A DNA stretch of 64,000 nucleotides from Phoronis australis (lineage: Eukaryota > Animalia > Phoronida). The notes beneath the pieces were generated by a model, which had not been told where the DNA came from, did not search any database, and worked only from the letters and a program-made list of their open reading frames with translations. The stretch covers positions 62,001 through 126,000 of the forward strand of contig NMRA01000130.1 of the NCBI GenBank assembly GCA_002633005.1, given 5' to 3'. Positions 49,086 to 61,521 of the stretch are shown here, one piece after another. A program made the translations under genes and the position numbers. How positions within the stretch are numbered: position 1 is the first letter of the stretch; each line of letters begins with the position of its first letter.

Positions 49086-52000
49086 AGACAGTACAACAGC
49101 ATTAACTGGACAATAATGAGAAAATGACACAAGCCGAGATCAGAAAAATACAGCCAGTTTGTTCCTAAGACACAAAAATGCAGGATCCAAATATTGACGG
49201 TACGACATATTTTTGAAAAATTATACTACAAGCAGGTACGGAAATATGAACAACTGCCCGGTGATTACTTTTTAAGTAACTAGTAGGTCCCGTGGAATTC
49301 ATACCTTGGAAAAGGGAACCGTAATAGATTTTAGTAAACACGATGAATCATTTTTCTATAGGTCATACAGTTTATAGAAGCGGATTTATATCATCAAAAG
49401 AACCAACGTTTTAATAATTTAAATCATAATCAGATTGTATCATTTCCATTGATTTATTATCAACACAACTGTAAAGATCCTTTACATAAACATACAACGG
49501 TGCATTGTCACGGTTAGATGCAGTACAAAAACATGATAAATTAATAATGACCTTTACAGCAGTGACACAAAGTAATTCTGATATCTTGCCGATGTCAGGC
49601 AAAGTTCATGTTAAAAACACAAGGCGAATCGTGGACGCAGTAACAAAATGCACAAAACATGACTCTTCAGTTATTTTATTAGACAAAATAATTATCAAGG
49701 TTGTACTTTAATGTTTTGAAAGAAGGCTCACTTGATAAAAATGTGAAAAATTCACCAAATGTTGTCTTACCTTGGAATAGCAGTTCTTTATAGTTGTTTT
49801 GAGGGAAATTCAACAAATTAAACCTCCATTATGCACTTGAATACCGTAATAGATTAGAAAACAAATGTGTTTTAATGACTTTTCAAAAACTGTATCTCAA
49901 CTCATCACAATTTCACCAAGGCAACCAACACGCAACATAGTACACAAATGGAGATGTCAAATATGCCAACAACACAGCAGAAACTGTATTAACTCAAACT
50001 GAAGAAATTCTGTGGGAAGAAATTTTACAAAACAGAAAAAAATGCATTTGTCTACTGCACCCTAAACTGAAGCATGCACATATTGAAATTTATTTCCATT
50101 ATTTGCATTATTGCGCAATTATTTGCATTATTGCATAATTATCCTGAACTAGGGCTGGACATAACGAGACGCAGGTCGCACTTGCGACCTATAATTTGGA
50201 AAAGTGAGCCGATATTTTGGCCAACTCACATTAACGGCATGTGTGCGACTTGGAGATTACAACTCCTGTAAGTGGAGTCACATCCTCCCAAAATGCCCGA
50301 GCAGTGTTATTTTTTAGTCGAATGGCAAAGTACAGGTGCTGCCACACTGAAAGTTGCCCCCCATAGCAGTCGGGACTTTGTCTGCGAGCTGTGATTTCTG
50401 CCAGGTCGCAAAGAACGACATGGTAGTTTTCATATTGTCAAGGACAGTAAACCACAACTAGGATAAAATGTTTAGCATTTCAACTATAAACAACCTTTTG
50501 GAAAATTCTTATTTTTTCACTTTTTGTGATTAAATAAATTTCCATCTCCAAAAACAGAAAATTTATCTTTAAAAGACACTTTAAAAGTACACATGGAAAC
50601 ACATAATAAAACCAAAGATAAAGATGCCTTTTTTCTGTCCAGTCACTTTAAACATATTTTTTGTGAGTTCTTAACCGAAGAGCTTCAACGTTTAAAAACA
50701 TTTCTATGACCAAGCAACCCCAAATGCGTGTTATAGTCAGAAGGTAAAGTTGTAATCATTACACATAATCCAGAGCGACCGAGTATCTGTCAAGAAATTT
50801 ACCAACATTCACCTCCACGCCATCTTCCCAGAATTCCCACGCAAAGGTAATCTTGTCACCTGAACAAAATGTCACCACTCGGCACCCAAGGAGGTGAACT
50901 GGGGTTACCAGACTTGTACTCACAGAAACGGTCAGTGTTTTGTCCCAATACTGACCTATTTTTAACGGAATTCTCTGCACACCGGTTTTGAATTTCATGG
51001 CTGGTCAACTTCCAAAAGATAGATGATTGGTTTTTGACCAGTTGAGGTTTCATACAATGTTCTTGGTAACAGAAAGTCCTTTCACGGTAAAAAAGTTATG
51101 AGTAAAAAGCCTGATTTGCGTTTTGGGCAGCTAACCAGAGTGAGATCAGCAGCTTTAAACATATCAAATAACATGTTAATAAAATGATAGGTTACAATGT
51201 AATCACGAACACAACACATCATTCTATATTTTATAACCCACATCATAGTATCTTATGTCATAATGATTCTGTTACAGTTCAGGGAAACCCAACTTGCCAC
51301 CTAAGTCAATCAGGTTTCATATTTAGGAAGAGAAGAGTTAGACTGAGACGTGATGTTGTTTGGACATCCTGATAATTACGGATAATCCATCTTAGGTGGA
51401 ATCAGGGCGGTCCCAGGAGCCCATCTGCAAACGCAATCAAAGTCACAAACAAGAGAAATGAAGAGCATTGATTTACACCCACTGTGTACACCGTAGACAT
51501 CGCATATACAAGAGATAGTTATTATTTTAAATACTCTTACAAAATGGAACAATGCCAGCAAACTTAACAATAGCTTCAAGGGGGACATGTCCTCAGAAAA
51601 TTGTGAATGGGTTCCTTACCCCCTTTAAAACATTCTGGATCCATAACTGCTTCCAGGTATGGCTCACCTTTTGTACTGGATACAAGTTAAAATACTGAAT
51701 AGTCATGAATGCTGTGGATATAGAGGAAAATAATTCCACTGCACTGTTAGCTGATTATCTTGACAACCCCAAATGTTGAGCCCTCAGTGATGGCGAGTGA
51801 TCAGTTGAATAGCGAATATCAAGCAAATACCATGAGCAGCGAAAACGTTTGCAAGTTTTAATGGCCAAATGTTAGAGAAAACTCTAACATTTTCAGTCAA
51901 ACTATCCGCGAAGGAGTCATTTTCGCCAGCAAATAGTTTGCTTCATCACCACCTGAATCGCTTTTAAACGAAAACTGGTGTTAAACATGTTCACTTATCA

Positions 52001-52380
52001 GCTATAAATTGATTCATATGATGCTAAGCAAAGGCCTCTTAAATCTTCGCATGTGTGTTCTTTGAAGTAAGCAGTTTGGCTACAAAAGTACCAGTAGAAA
52101 CGCCAGCAGTTTTGGGATAAGTAAAACACCCAGCAAAAGTGACAATTGTAATCGCTCATAGAAGTGGTGTTTTTGCTACTAGAAAACGCTTAAACCTTTT
52201 AGCCAGTTTGTAAATGGGATATTAGCATTGCAGAGAGCATTAAAGTGAAAATGACTTACAGGCCTTCCTTTAGAATTGGGAGGAGACAGACCATTAGCTG
52301 ACAAAAGACAGAATACTTCTGTCATGGAGGCACAGATACACCTATGATTCCAACAATGATAAATTGACAGGATTATCAAA

Positions 52381-52882
52381 AGGCCCTTTCATATTGACTT
52401 AACTCCGGTCTGAGCGAGCGAGCGGAGGGAGCGTTGACTTAAACAGCACAGTTAACTGGACTGTTCATACTGGCTTCGGTAGTTAATGACCATCGAAGTA
52501 AAGGGTTGGTGACGCTGACATCATCGAAGTTATCGCAAGGTAGCGCTGCACGCTAAGATTTTTTTCAATGTGACAATTTGGGAACATTTAAATGTGCTAA
52601 ATGACATTAAACTCATTTTAAAATTGATTGGTTATCATTAGAGAAAAAAAATAAGTAGTTATTAGTGACGGCACTACTCTGTAACTGTTGACGATAACAG
52701 TGGCACCTGGCGATAACTTCAATTGGACCAGAGTTAAGCGTTCATACTGCACCGCAGCGTCGACGCTGTTAACTGCGATGTTAACTAGAGCTGTTAACTG
52801 CGATCCAGGATCGGAGTTAAGCGTTCATACTGACCACAACTCCCCAAACCATCGACGCGTCGACGTTAGTATGAAAGGCCCT
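52381..52882. mobile_element. Harbinger-like MITE
   Basis: TIRs AGGCCCTTTCATATTGAC / GTTAGTATGAAAGGCCCT, with internal GTTAAGCGTTCATACTG repeats. Confidence 0.65.
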
Positions 52883-55800
52883 AAAGAACTAAAAATGCTG
52901 CAAGCTGTTTTAAATCTTGTTCACATCACAGGTTAAACAAACGGATTTCAAACGATACTGTGCCAAACAAAAACTTACCACGAGAAGAATTGAATCCAGC
53001 AGACAACAAAGAATGCGCAATATGAAGACAGAACGAGGACACGAGCACCCAGTCAACACCACGAGGCAAACCAAGCATCTTCACACAAAATCCCCGACAT
53101 AAACCAGGTAGTTATAACACCTGACCAACAAGAATTTGATGAGAAAAACTCCAAATCTTTCTCAAGTAAGTAGTGTCCCTCGGACAGTTACCTTCAAGGT
53201 AGCAATGCTTTAACAAAATTTCTCGCCACTTTTACGAGCATTTTTTGAGAACTACACAAATGAGAATTAGTTGAGTTCAGGAATCACACCATGATGTGTC
53301 AGTGAAGCTCTACATTTCCTTGCAAAACGCTTTTGCTGTCATAAATCCAGAAATACTTAGATGACTAACACAAGTCGCCATGGCAACACTCCATTGTTAT
53401 TTTCAATTAAAAATGTCACGTTTCTCTAACTATTCCCAGAACACGATTTACCGCTGGTAATCCCCGAGCAGCTCCACATGTGTTTGCATGCGCAAAAGTT
53501 GAGTCCCGGGCAACATGGACATTTCCTCGAACGTAACAGCGGCTGTCATTCACATACAGCACGTGAAAAATCCAATCAACTTTCGCAGTGACTGAAACAT
53601 CCCACTAGTAGAACGGATAAATCAACAGATCTATAACAACTATGACGCCACATAACCGTTCCGTCACTCAAATCCTCCTCTGTATTTATTGATCAGTTTC
53701 ATTACGCTCCACTGAATTCAAACCGGACATGCCGTGGGTGACCGCAATCAGAAGAGACCACTTGGCTTACCGACTGTTGGAGCTTATGACAATAACCCAA
53801 CAAATTACGATTGATAAATAGACAGCTTTTAGCTACCCACACCTCCCCAGTCTCACTCCACTCTGCTTTCTATTGATCTGCCAACTGGATGAGCGATTCT
53901 TAATAGCCTACAAGGCAAACACCAGCAAGTTGACAACCGTGTTCCCAATTCCTCTGTTTGCTTTCTACAACTTAACTTCGTAATTACGTTGACGTCACAT
54001 GGAGACTATACCATCAATTGTGCAGGATATGCAAATCACGTCGATATTTTCAGATATGATGCAATTAACAACCGATAGCATGATCGTGAGGCAGCAATTT
54101 CCTATTTGATCAAACATTTTTGGATTATAAAGGCTCATCAAATTGCTTAAAGCACAAACATTAAATTTATGAAGTATGAGTTACTTTATGACCACAAATC
54201 CCTTAAGAAATTCTATGATCAGAATTTTCAATTTCATGAACATTCAAAATGTGACACGCTCCCTTGGGTCAATCACAACAAAATGCTGAAGACAAATTGC
54301 TCTAACTTCCAATCCCCTCAGGTAAATGTGATCAACGATCCGTTTCTAACATTGTCCAGTTGCGACTCACACAGGAAACGGACGAATTAACAGTACAAGG
54401 ATCTACCTCGACAGCTGCACACAGGGGAGAAATCCACAATGCAAATCCAAGGTAGTCGAAATAACTCGATTTGTTTGTGCTGTCATTCACGCTTAACGGA
54501 GATTTATTTAAGGCGGGCCTTCACGGGAAAAGACACACATCGAGACAAATCTCCAACGACTACCATATGCCCTTGCTGCTTTCGACAAAACTAAATCTTA
54601 TTCTGTGTTGCGCATTGTCTTCTACAACTTGAGTGACGGCAAACAGGAATTTCTCACCGAATTCACAAATAATCAACGACTTTTTGTTTGCAAGGCCTCT
54701 GTGAAACCAGAATCAACGAGAATTCTCACAAATTACATCTTGTCATTCCGAAATAGGCTCCAAAACCAGTCAGCCCTTTGAGGAATTCACTCCACTCCAA
54801 CTGACGTTGAACGTTGAATCATCCGTTGACAAGAAGATCACAGCTGACACCTTGGCAAAAGTACAGATGCATGCATAATAAGCTCCTAATATCCAGGTAC
54901 CAGAACATCCAGTTTGCGTAATTAACTGTTACACCTGGTTCAATGAAATAGTAGTACACTTGCATATAATGCAGGTAGTCATCCAGAATTTGACTCTTCT
55001 AACTGTAAACCCCCTCTGTGACTGCCCCAGCCACCAACATAACACAATAAATAGAGAAGAACAATTTCATAATCCTAGATAAATAGTTCTGAATACCTCC
55101 AGTTTCCAGGAACAAACTTGTCAAAACAGCCAACACATTTGTGGGCCTGCCTGGTTATGTAACCTCCACAATACCAACTAAATACCAGCACAGTGACCTG
55201 GGCCTTCAGGTCCCATTTCCATAGGCAAGGAGAAATCTAAGTGTGAAATTATACTGGAAGCCAGAGGCCAAAACAGTAGCAACCGCAGATCTAAACTCTG
55301 TTTGTGGATATCAATATCAGGTTGTCCAGCAGACCATCAGACTTAGATGCAGGGAACTGTGAAAGGGAGGATTGTAGGAGGAAATTGCATGCATTTTTCA
55401 AACAGCTCATAGATCAACAGTTGAAGAATCTCCAAACAAAATCATCAAAAGATTTAAGTTGCCACGGTAACTTCCTTCATAGGTGCAATTTTACAACTTC
55501 CTACACCGAAGAGGAGCACGCATGACAGGACACGTGGAAACGTTGGACTATGTCACAAACCGAAATCACCACGGGAACTGAACTGGAACAGTCAGGCTGC
55601 ATCTGTCTGGTAATAAATACCAGATAATAAGGTTAACAATGTTCAGATCCAACCTCCACTATGTCCCCAGTGGGAGTGGCTTAAACATGCAAGCTAAGAC
55701 AAAATCACAGATTGACATTTAAACTACAGTAATCCCACGTCCGTGAATGCCAAAAGTTGACCATCTCCAAGTATCATCCTCAGTAACCTTCACACTGCCC

Positions 55801-58451
55801 TTGATCGTCAATATTGCTGTAGAATTCTGAACGACAACCAAACTTTAAGAAGCTCACAGTGGACCTATCCATCAGAATTGTAGTAACAGCAACTGCCACT
55901 ATGCAAGAATGAAATGTTCTACAGTGTAAAAACGCAGGTGAAAACATGCACAGAGGCGCTTGCCAATCACCTTAACCTCAAATGAGTACAAGAAGAATGT
56001 GGGGTGATAATCTAGCATTCTGAATTACCGACAATATTCCCACTGTAAAGTGCACGGCTTGATTTTTGGTTACAGGGACAATATAGGTGCTATGACCGTA
56101 AAACACTTATCGGGAATATTGATAGAATAAGATAAACTTCTTAAACTTATTAGTTTCAACCGGAGCTACACAAAATTTGTTGTTTTAGAGATTTTTCAAC
56201 AAATCGTCAATTCTCATCGTTATTCAGTTTGTCAGACATTCGATGAAATCAAGGTCATTGATTTTATCAGTTTTAACTAACACACTTCTAATACTAAGTC
56301 CTTTATCGACTGAGATTTAGCTAAGGCGACAGAGCATTAGGCTGCGACAGCAGGGGTTCCTTGCGGTACGATTCCGCGATGGCGCTATCTACGAAAACCA
56401 CTTTTCTCGCTAATGATGTCCCTCAACGGCAATTATATTTTTAAAATGAACGTCTGTGAGTGTCCGCATTGGTCACAGGGGTAACAAAGTAAAGTAATGT
56501 CTAATATTATAAAGGACGATAGAAGATCACCTGTAAATGATCAGAGAATTAGTCGGGAATTTTCTTATTGCTAAACTTCTAATCCCATCACTCATGTGAA
56601 GTAGCTTCAAATCGGGTCACAAATGTGTTACTGTGGTGAAGCCCTGGATATTGATTGTATTAGAGGTTGTTATCCCATGTAATTAAGTAGGGTGACCACA
56701 CAGAAATTTCACAAAACAAAACCGTGTTTCCAATTAGACATCTTGTTGGGAAAACACCATGGTTACTGGTACCTCCAGGTGGTTAATAATCTTTAATCTG
56801 AAATCTGTTACTAAACATAGCAATGAAAAATTGCCTGGTGTTCACGTGGATAACTATAGGTATTAAGATAATTCAATCAAATTTTACTAGCAAATTGTTA
56901 AGTTTTTGAACCACGAAACCCTTTTTGTTAAAAACATCAAAAAAAAAATTCATTTCTTTTTTAACACTGGTCACAATCTGGTTAGAAATATTCTCAAATT
57001 GCTTTAGATTACATTTTTAAAGAAAAAAATTAGAATGACTGACTGAAATACTGACACTCAAAAAACAAAAGACTTTAGTGAAAACATTAATCCAAGTGTT
57101 ATTCCCAATTGTTAGATTTAGAGCAACTGAAACAATCCCAACCAGGGACTCCTTTTTCAAGTTTTTCTGTCATTTCATCTTTAGTATGAGCCCTTCCTTT
57201 TCCCTAATGACATTTTCCAATACTATAACTAAAACCTGAACCCTTAGTTCAATAAAAATAAATAGGGACTTAATGCACTCAAGTCCTTAAATTATGGGCC
57301 TTCCATGAAAAGATTCCTAATTATTTTCAATAACGTTGAGAGTTCAATGTAGTGTTCACTGTTGATTTGTAAAATTGACTTTGTAATAAAAATGAAACAG
57401 CATAAAAAGGACACCAAGTATTTCCACAAGTCCAGAAATAGGCAACAGATTTAGGGAACGTAGGCGAGTCCCCATTCGGGACTGTTTCATGCAACCGAGC
57501 ACAGGGGTACGGGACCTGGCTGGCTGACAACAAAAAAAAAACTCGTAAAAATGCAGTAAAATTACCGTACATTTTTTTTCTACGATTGTTTATCACACCT
57601 CAGCAACCAACAATATTCAACATCAATGTAAGCTTTTCAGAATCTGTTATTAAGGATCAAAATTTGGACCCATCCCCCCCCCCCCATCATATCCTACGTC
57701 TGCCAACCTCATTCACAGCGGCAAAACAACTTATCAACTAAACGTAAAACTTGTGAAGAACAATAACTGGTACTTCCACTAAAAAGGGACTTTAGCAAAA
57801 CAAAAAGGAGAAAGTCTGTAATCTCAAAAGGCATTTTTTTCAATAATTCTCCTTGCCGTGTGTGGCTAAGTGCTAAGCCGGCTTGGGTTAATTCCCCATA
57901 ATGAGTGCTGGGAAGGATTTCAATTGTCAGCCCACTAGCACATATTTCTATCAAGTGATACCAAGATAATTGTTAACCGCCAATCAAGTATTGTTATCTG
58001 AGATCCTCTAGAGAATCTTCACAGACAACTCAAATTTATCTGTGTAACACAGACAGTCTAATTTCGTTATTGACAAGATCGTAACATTGACTCACCAGAA
58101 CCTGATACAGTACTGCTTCACCTATTTAAAACACAACAATCAAGGCAGACAAGTGACGATCTATTTTGTCAAATTTCTCAACTAAAATGAATAACAATAA
58201 AACTTAAGTCTATTGTTTGATTGGTTTGTGCAATGAAGATGTCATAAAACAAACATTAGATCAGGTTTCCCTTGTTTGTAGCATGGTAATCAGTCTTTAA
58301 AAATAGAATGAAAATTCTTACATTTTTTGAGCAAAATAATTGAAGAATTATTATGCTGCTGTCAAAATGAATAGTCATCTTGAAGACGGGAGATACCACA
58401 GGAACTGCCATGTTCGAACAGAACTAAATGTCCAAAATGAAAGCCTTCTGA

Positions 58452-58760
58452 GGAGCGACACTTGGCGAAATTAACAGAAAAGACGATGATAGAAATGACG
58501 ACGAAGATGACGAATATGACGACGATGGTGACGATGATGAACAATACAAGTAATGATAACATTCACGAGACGAACGCACAGGCCAGATATCAGTAAGTAT
58601 AGGCTAAAGTCTTGAGCGACACATGGTGAAATTAACTGAAAAGACGACGACGGATATGATGACGAATATGATGACGATGGTGATGATGCTGAACAACATC
58701 ATAACATTAATATGATGCACTTAGATGTCATAAATCAGTAAGAAATAGGCTACAGTCTTG
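58452..58760. repeat. ~160 bp tandem duplication with GAY trinucleotide core
   Basis: Two units GAGCGACAC.TGG.GAAATTAAC.GAAAAGACGA...CAGTAAG.ATAGGCTA.AGTCTTG. Confidence 0.8.
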
Positions 58761-58775
58761 TTCAATAGGAGCTAA

Positions 58776-59572
58776 AACAACATCAATACAGCCAGAGCGC
58801 TCAACAAAAGAACAGCGCTGTCACAATATCTCAAATAATTCGAAAGTTAACGTCCAAGCGAAAAATGGAAAACATCTCCTGAAAGCCCGTTCAAAACTCT
58901 ATCTAAATTGATGGTATCGCCAAATTCCGTAAATTTTTTCTGAAAAATTAAATTTTGTGGTTTTTTTTGAAATTCAAAGTCAAATCTCTCGAAAACGGTA
59001 AGTCTGAGAAAAAAATTGTTATAGGTCATTTGAAAGGGTATACCTCAAAAAATTCACATGTAAAAATTCACTTCATTTTGTCTTCTCGTTAAAATGGCAC
59101 CCCAGCACGACTGAAAATGGGTCAACATGCGCCAGATCCGCCATCTTGGAAACATTTTCCGTTTTTTTAACATAGAAAAATAGCTAGTTAAAAAAAACTA
59201 AATCGTAAAAAATTTCGAAGCAATTGGTCATATAATGCGCCCTCCACAGGAGAAAAAATTTTTTTCCCGAAGATGGAGGACCTGTATAGTTTCGTATTTG
59301 TGCTGATTTTGAGCCCGATACGTCAAAAATTGCGGGTTCTATGAGCAACTGAATCAGAAATTGGAAACAAAATGGCCTCCATGTCTGCCATCTTGGATCT
59401 GATCATGACCAAAAACTATAGGCTTCCAGTACTTCCCGGACTAGCAGTTGTGTGAAAATATTGTGAAAATCGGACAAAAAATGCGACCTGTTAAGGGTGC
59501 GAACAAACAAAAAAACAAACTTGACAGCAGAGCAACATACTTGTCGGAATTCGGAAAATTCCGCCAAGTGAC
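58776..59572 (+). mobile_element. Helentron/HINE-like element (different subfamily)
   Basis: GCCATCTTGGA motifs, a CAAA microsatellite, and 3' hairpin ACTTGTCGGAATT..AATTCCGCCAAGT. Left boundary approximate. Confidence 0.5.
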
Positions 59573-60396
59573 GAGAATTCTTGAGACACAGACTGTGTAC
59601 GATTTACAACACAGCACGGGTGGCAAAATGCCGATACCACAGGGACCTTGATCCCTCGATATTGGGGTCAAATATTAACCTTATTCAAAAATCACACGAA
59701 ATTCCCTTATCAATTCAAAAAATGCTCTTTAAACGATCAAAATTCCCTCTCATAGTTTATCTCCCATTGTCATAAAAAGCAAAAATTCCTCTCATAGTAA
59801 AAACAACGCGATAATTCCCTCCTAGTAAAAAACACCACAAAAATCCCCCTTTAAAAAGATTGAGGCACCTTCCCCTCAGGTGAGTGAGGGCCCTGTACCA
59901 GAACTTCTAACGCATTTGAGACGTTATCTCGACTCTTGTCTCATGGAAAGAGATGAATTGTCCATCACTTAAGTCGGTATTGTCTCAATGCCAATGTGCC
60001 GAAGTTTCACAAATAGTAAAGCATTACTGAACTGGTAGTTTGAAGAGAACGGTAATACATTTTAGGTTTTTAATAATTTTCTTGAAAACAAAGGCAACAT
60101 AGAGCAAGTGTTAATTCGTGCTGAAATCACTGCAGTATCACTCGGGCTTGGAAGACGAGCAGCGCTTATGAGTAATAAGAATGTTGATGGAACGAGTTAG
60201 GTGGATCTTGCTCAGATAAATCTAACTACTGTCTCATTACACATGCAGCCATTAGAATACTTCTACGCTTGATCGCGTTTAAGAGCATTTCCCAATCAGC
60301 ATATTTTCGCCACGTTTTTCTATTGCGTCGTCGCATTGACGTCATTACGATAATACGAATGAATTGAAACAGCTACTGAGTATGTAAGTTAATTAC

Positions 60397-60455
60397 AGTA
60401 ATTAGTATTACTAATTACTCATTTCAGCGTCCTTACTGTAAGGACGCTGAAATGA
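60397..60455. repeat. Two adjacent palindromes
   Basis: AGTAATTAGTA-T-TACTAATTACT, followed by TCATTTCAGCGTCCTTAC-T-GTAAGGACGCTGAAATGA (18 bp arms). Confidence 0.85.
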
Positions 60456-61358
60456 CATCATGCTTTCATGATAGGGATTAATACATGTCGTTCACACCTA
60501 TTGCTTAATTAAATGGGACACTTAATTACTAAGGATTAATTAATTGATTATGCTTATTAAAATTACAACATCGTATGTTAATTTTTTCATTATTTTAACG
60601 ACCGTCAAAATGCATGGACGAATGGATATTTCATTATAAGATACAGTAATATATACCATATATCTATATGTATACATACATATGTATATACGTATATATA
60701 TAGCTAGTTCATGTCAAATACCCCAAACTAAATACAGAATTTCAAGGTAACATCAAAATTAAAAAATTTCATCACTTTTCGTCAGTTAATTTCTAAAAGT
60801 TTAGCAATTAATTAATTATAGTTAATTACATCATTTTATAGTTGTAGTTGCTACTTAGTTTTCTTATTACTCCAAATGCGCAGGTTGGTGAAACGGGAAG
60901 CAAACAATTCTTTCATAACATTCATTGCAATAGATACGGACACTTGATACCGAGGACTTTATATAGAGAATATAAAATACAACACATTTTCCAGGTACCC
61001 GCGAGTCATGACGACAACACGTTGAAAGCGTAGCAGCTAAATGAAAACAGCGTGATAAGTGCAAAGTAAACGCGTTCCCAGGAAAAGTTTAAGAGCGCCT
61101 TGTCACTTCATCAAATCCTCACAGTAGGTGCCCTGATAGAGGCGAGAAGAGAGCTGAGCAAACAGTCTCGTTTTATTTCACCGTTAATTGCAGCTAACGA
61201 TAATTAAGCCTTGACAAATCGAGTTCCGATTAGGGAAGGTTTGTGACAGCCATCAGTACTTGGAAACTGGATGTCCTTGTCTGCAACCAACAACAAACTG
61301 GCAGTTCAGTATTTAAGTGATCGGGATACAACACCTCAACAAGAAACAAATCTACAAC

Positions 61359-61521
61359 ATAGGCGGATCCAACGGGGGGGTTAAGGGGACCTGGACCCCC
61401 ATTTTTCCCTTGATTTTAGTAATATCAAATCTAGAATTTTCAAATTGTTGACTTGGGCCCCCATTTTAAAAAAATCCTTGATCCCACCCTTTCTTTTAAA
61501 AAATCCGGGATCCTGCCCCTG
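61359..61521. mobile_element. Short GGCGGATCC-terminus MITE
   Basis: CATAGGCGGATCC ... GGATCCTGCCCCTG inverted ends. A related end CAGGGGCGGATCCAG at ~14754 is nested in the ISL2EU element. Confidence 0.6.

Noticed and set aside
51376-51588. Signal-peptide-like ORF as EGFR exon 1
   Set aside because: The good donor (GTAAGA) is phase 0, not the required phase 1, and the ATG lies in a repeat-like fragment.
58096-58121. 26 nt micro-exon candidate (TAG...GTGAGT, minus strand)
   Set aside because: It is not frame-preserving and has no supporting homology.
58362-58562. Hydrophobic ORF as signal/TM exon
   Set aside because: It is the antisense reading of the GAY trinucleotide repeat.
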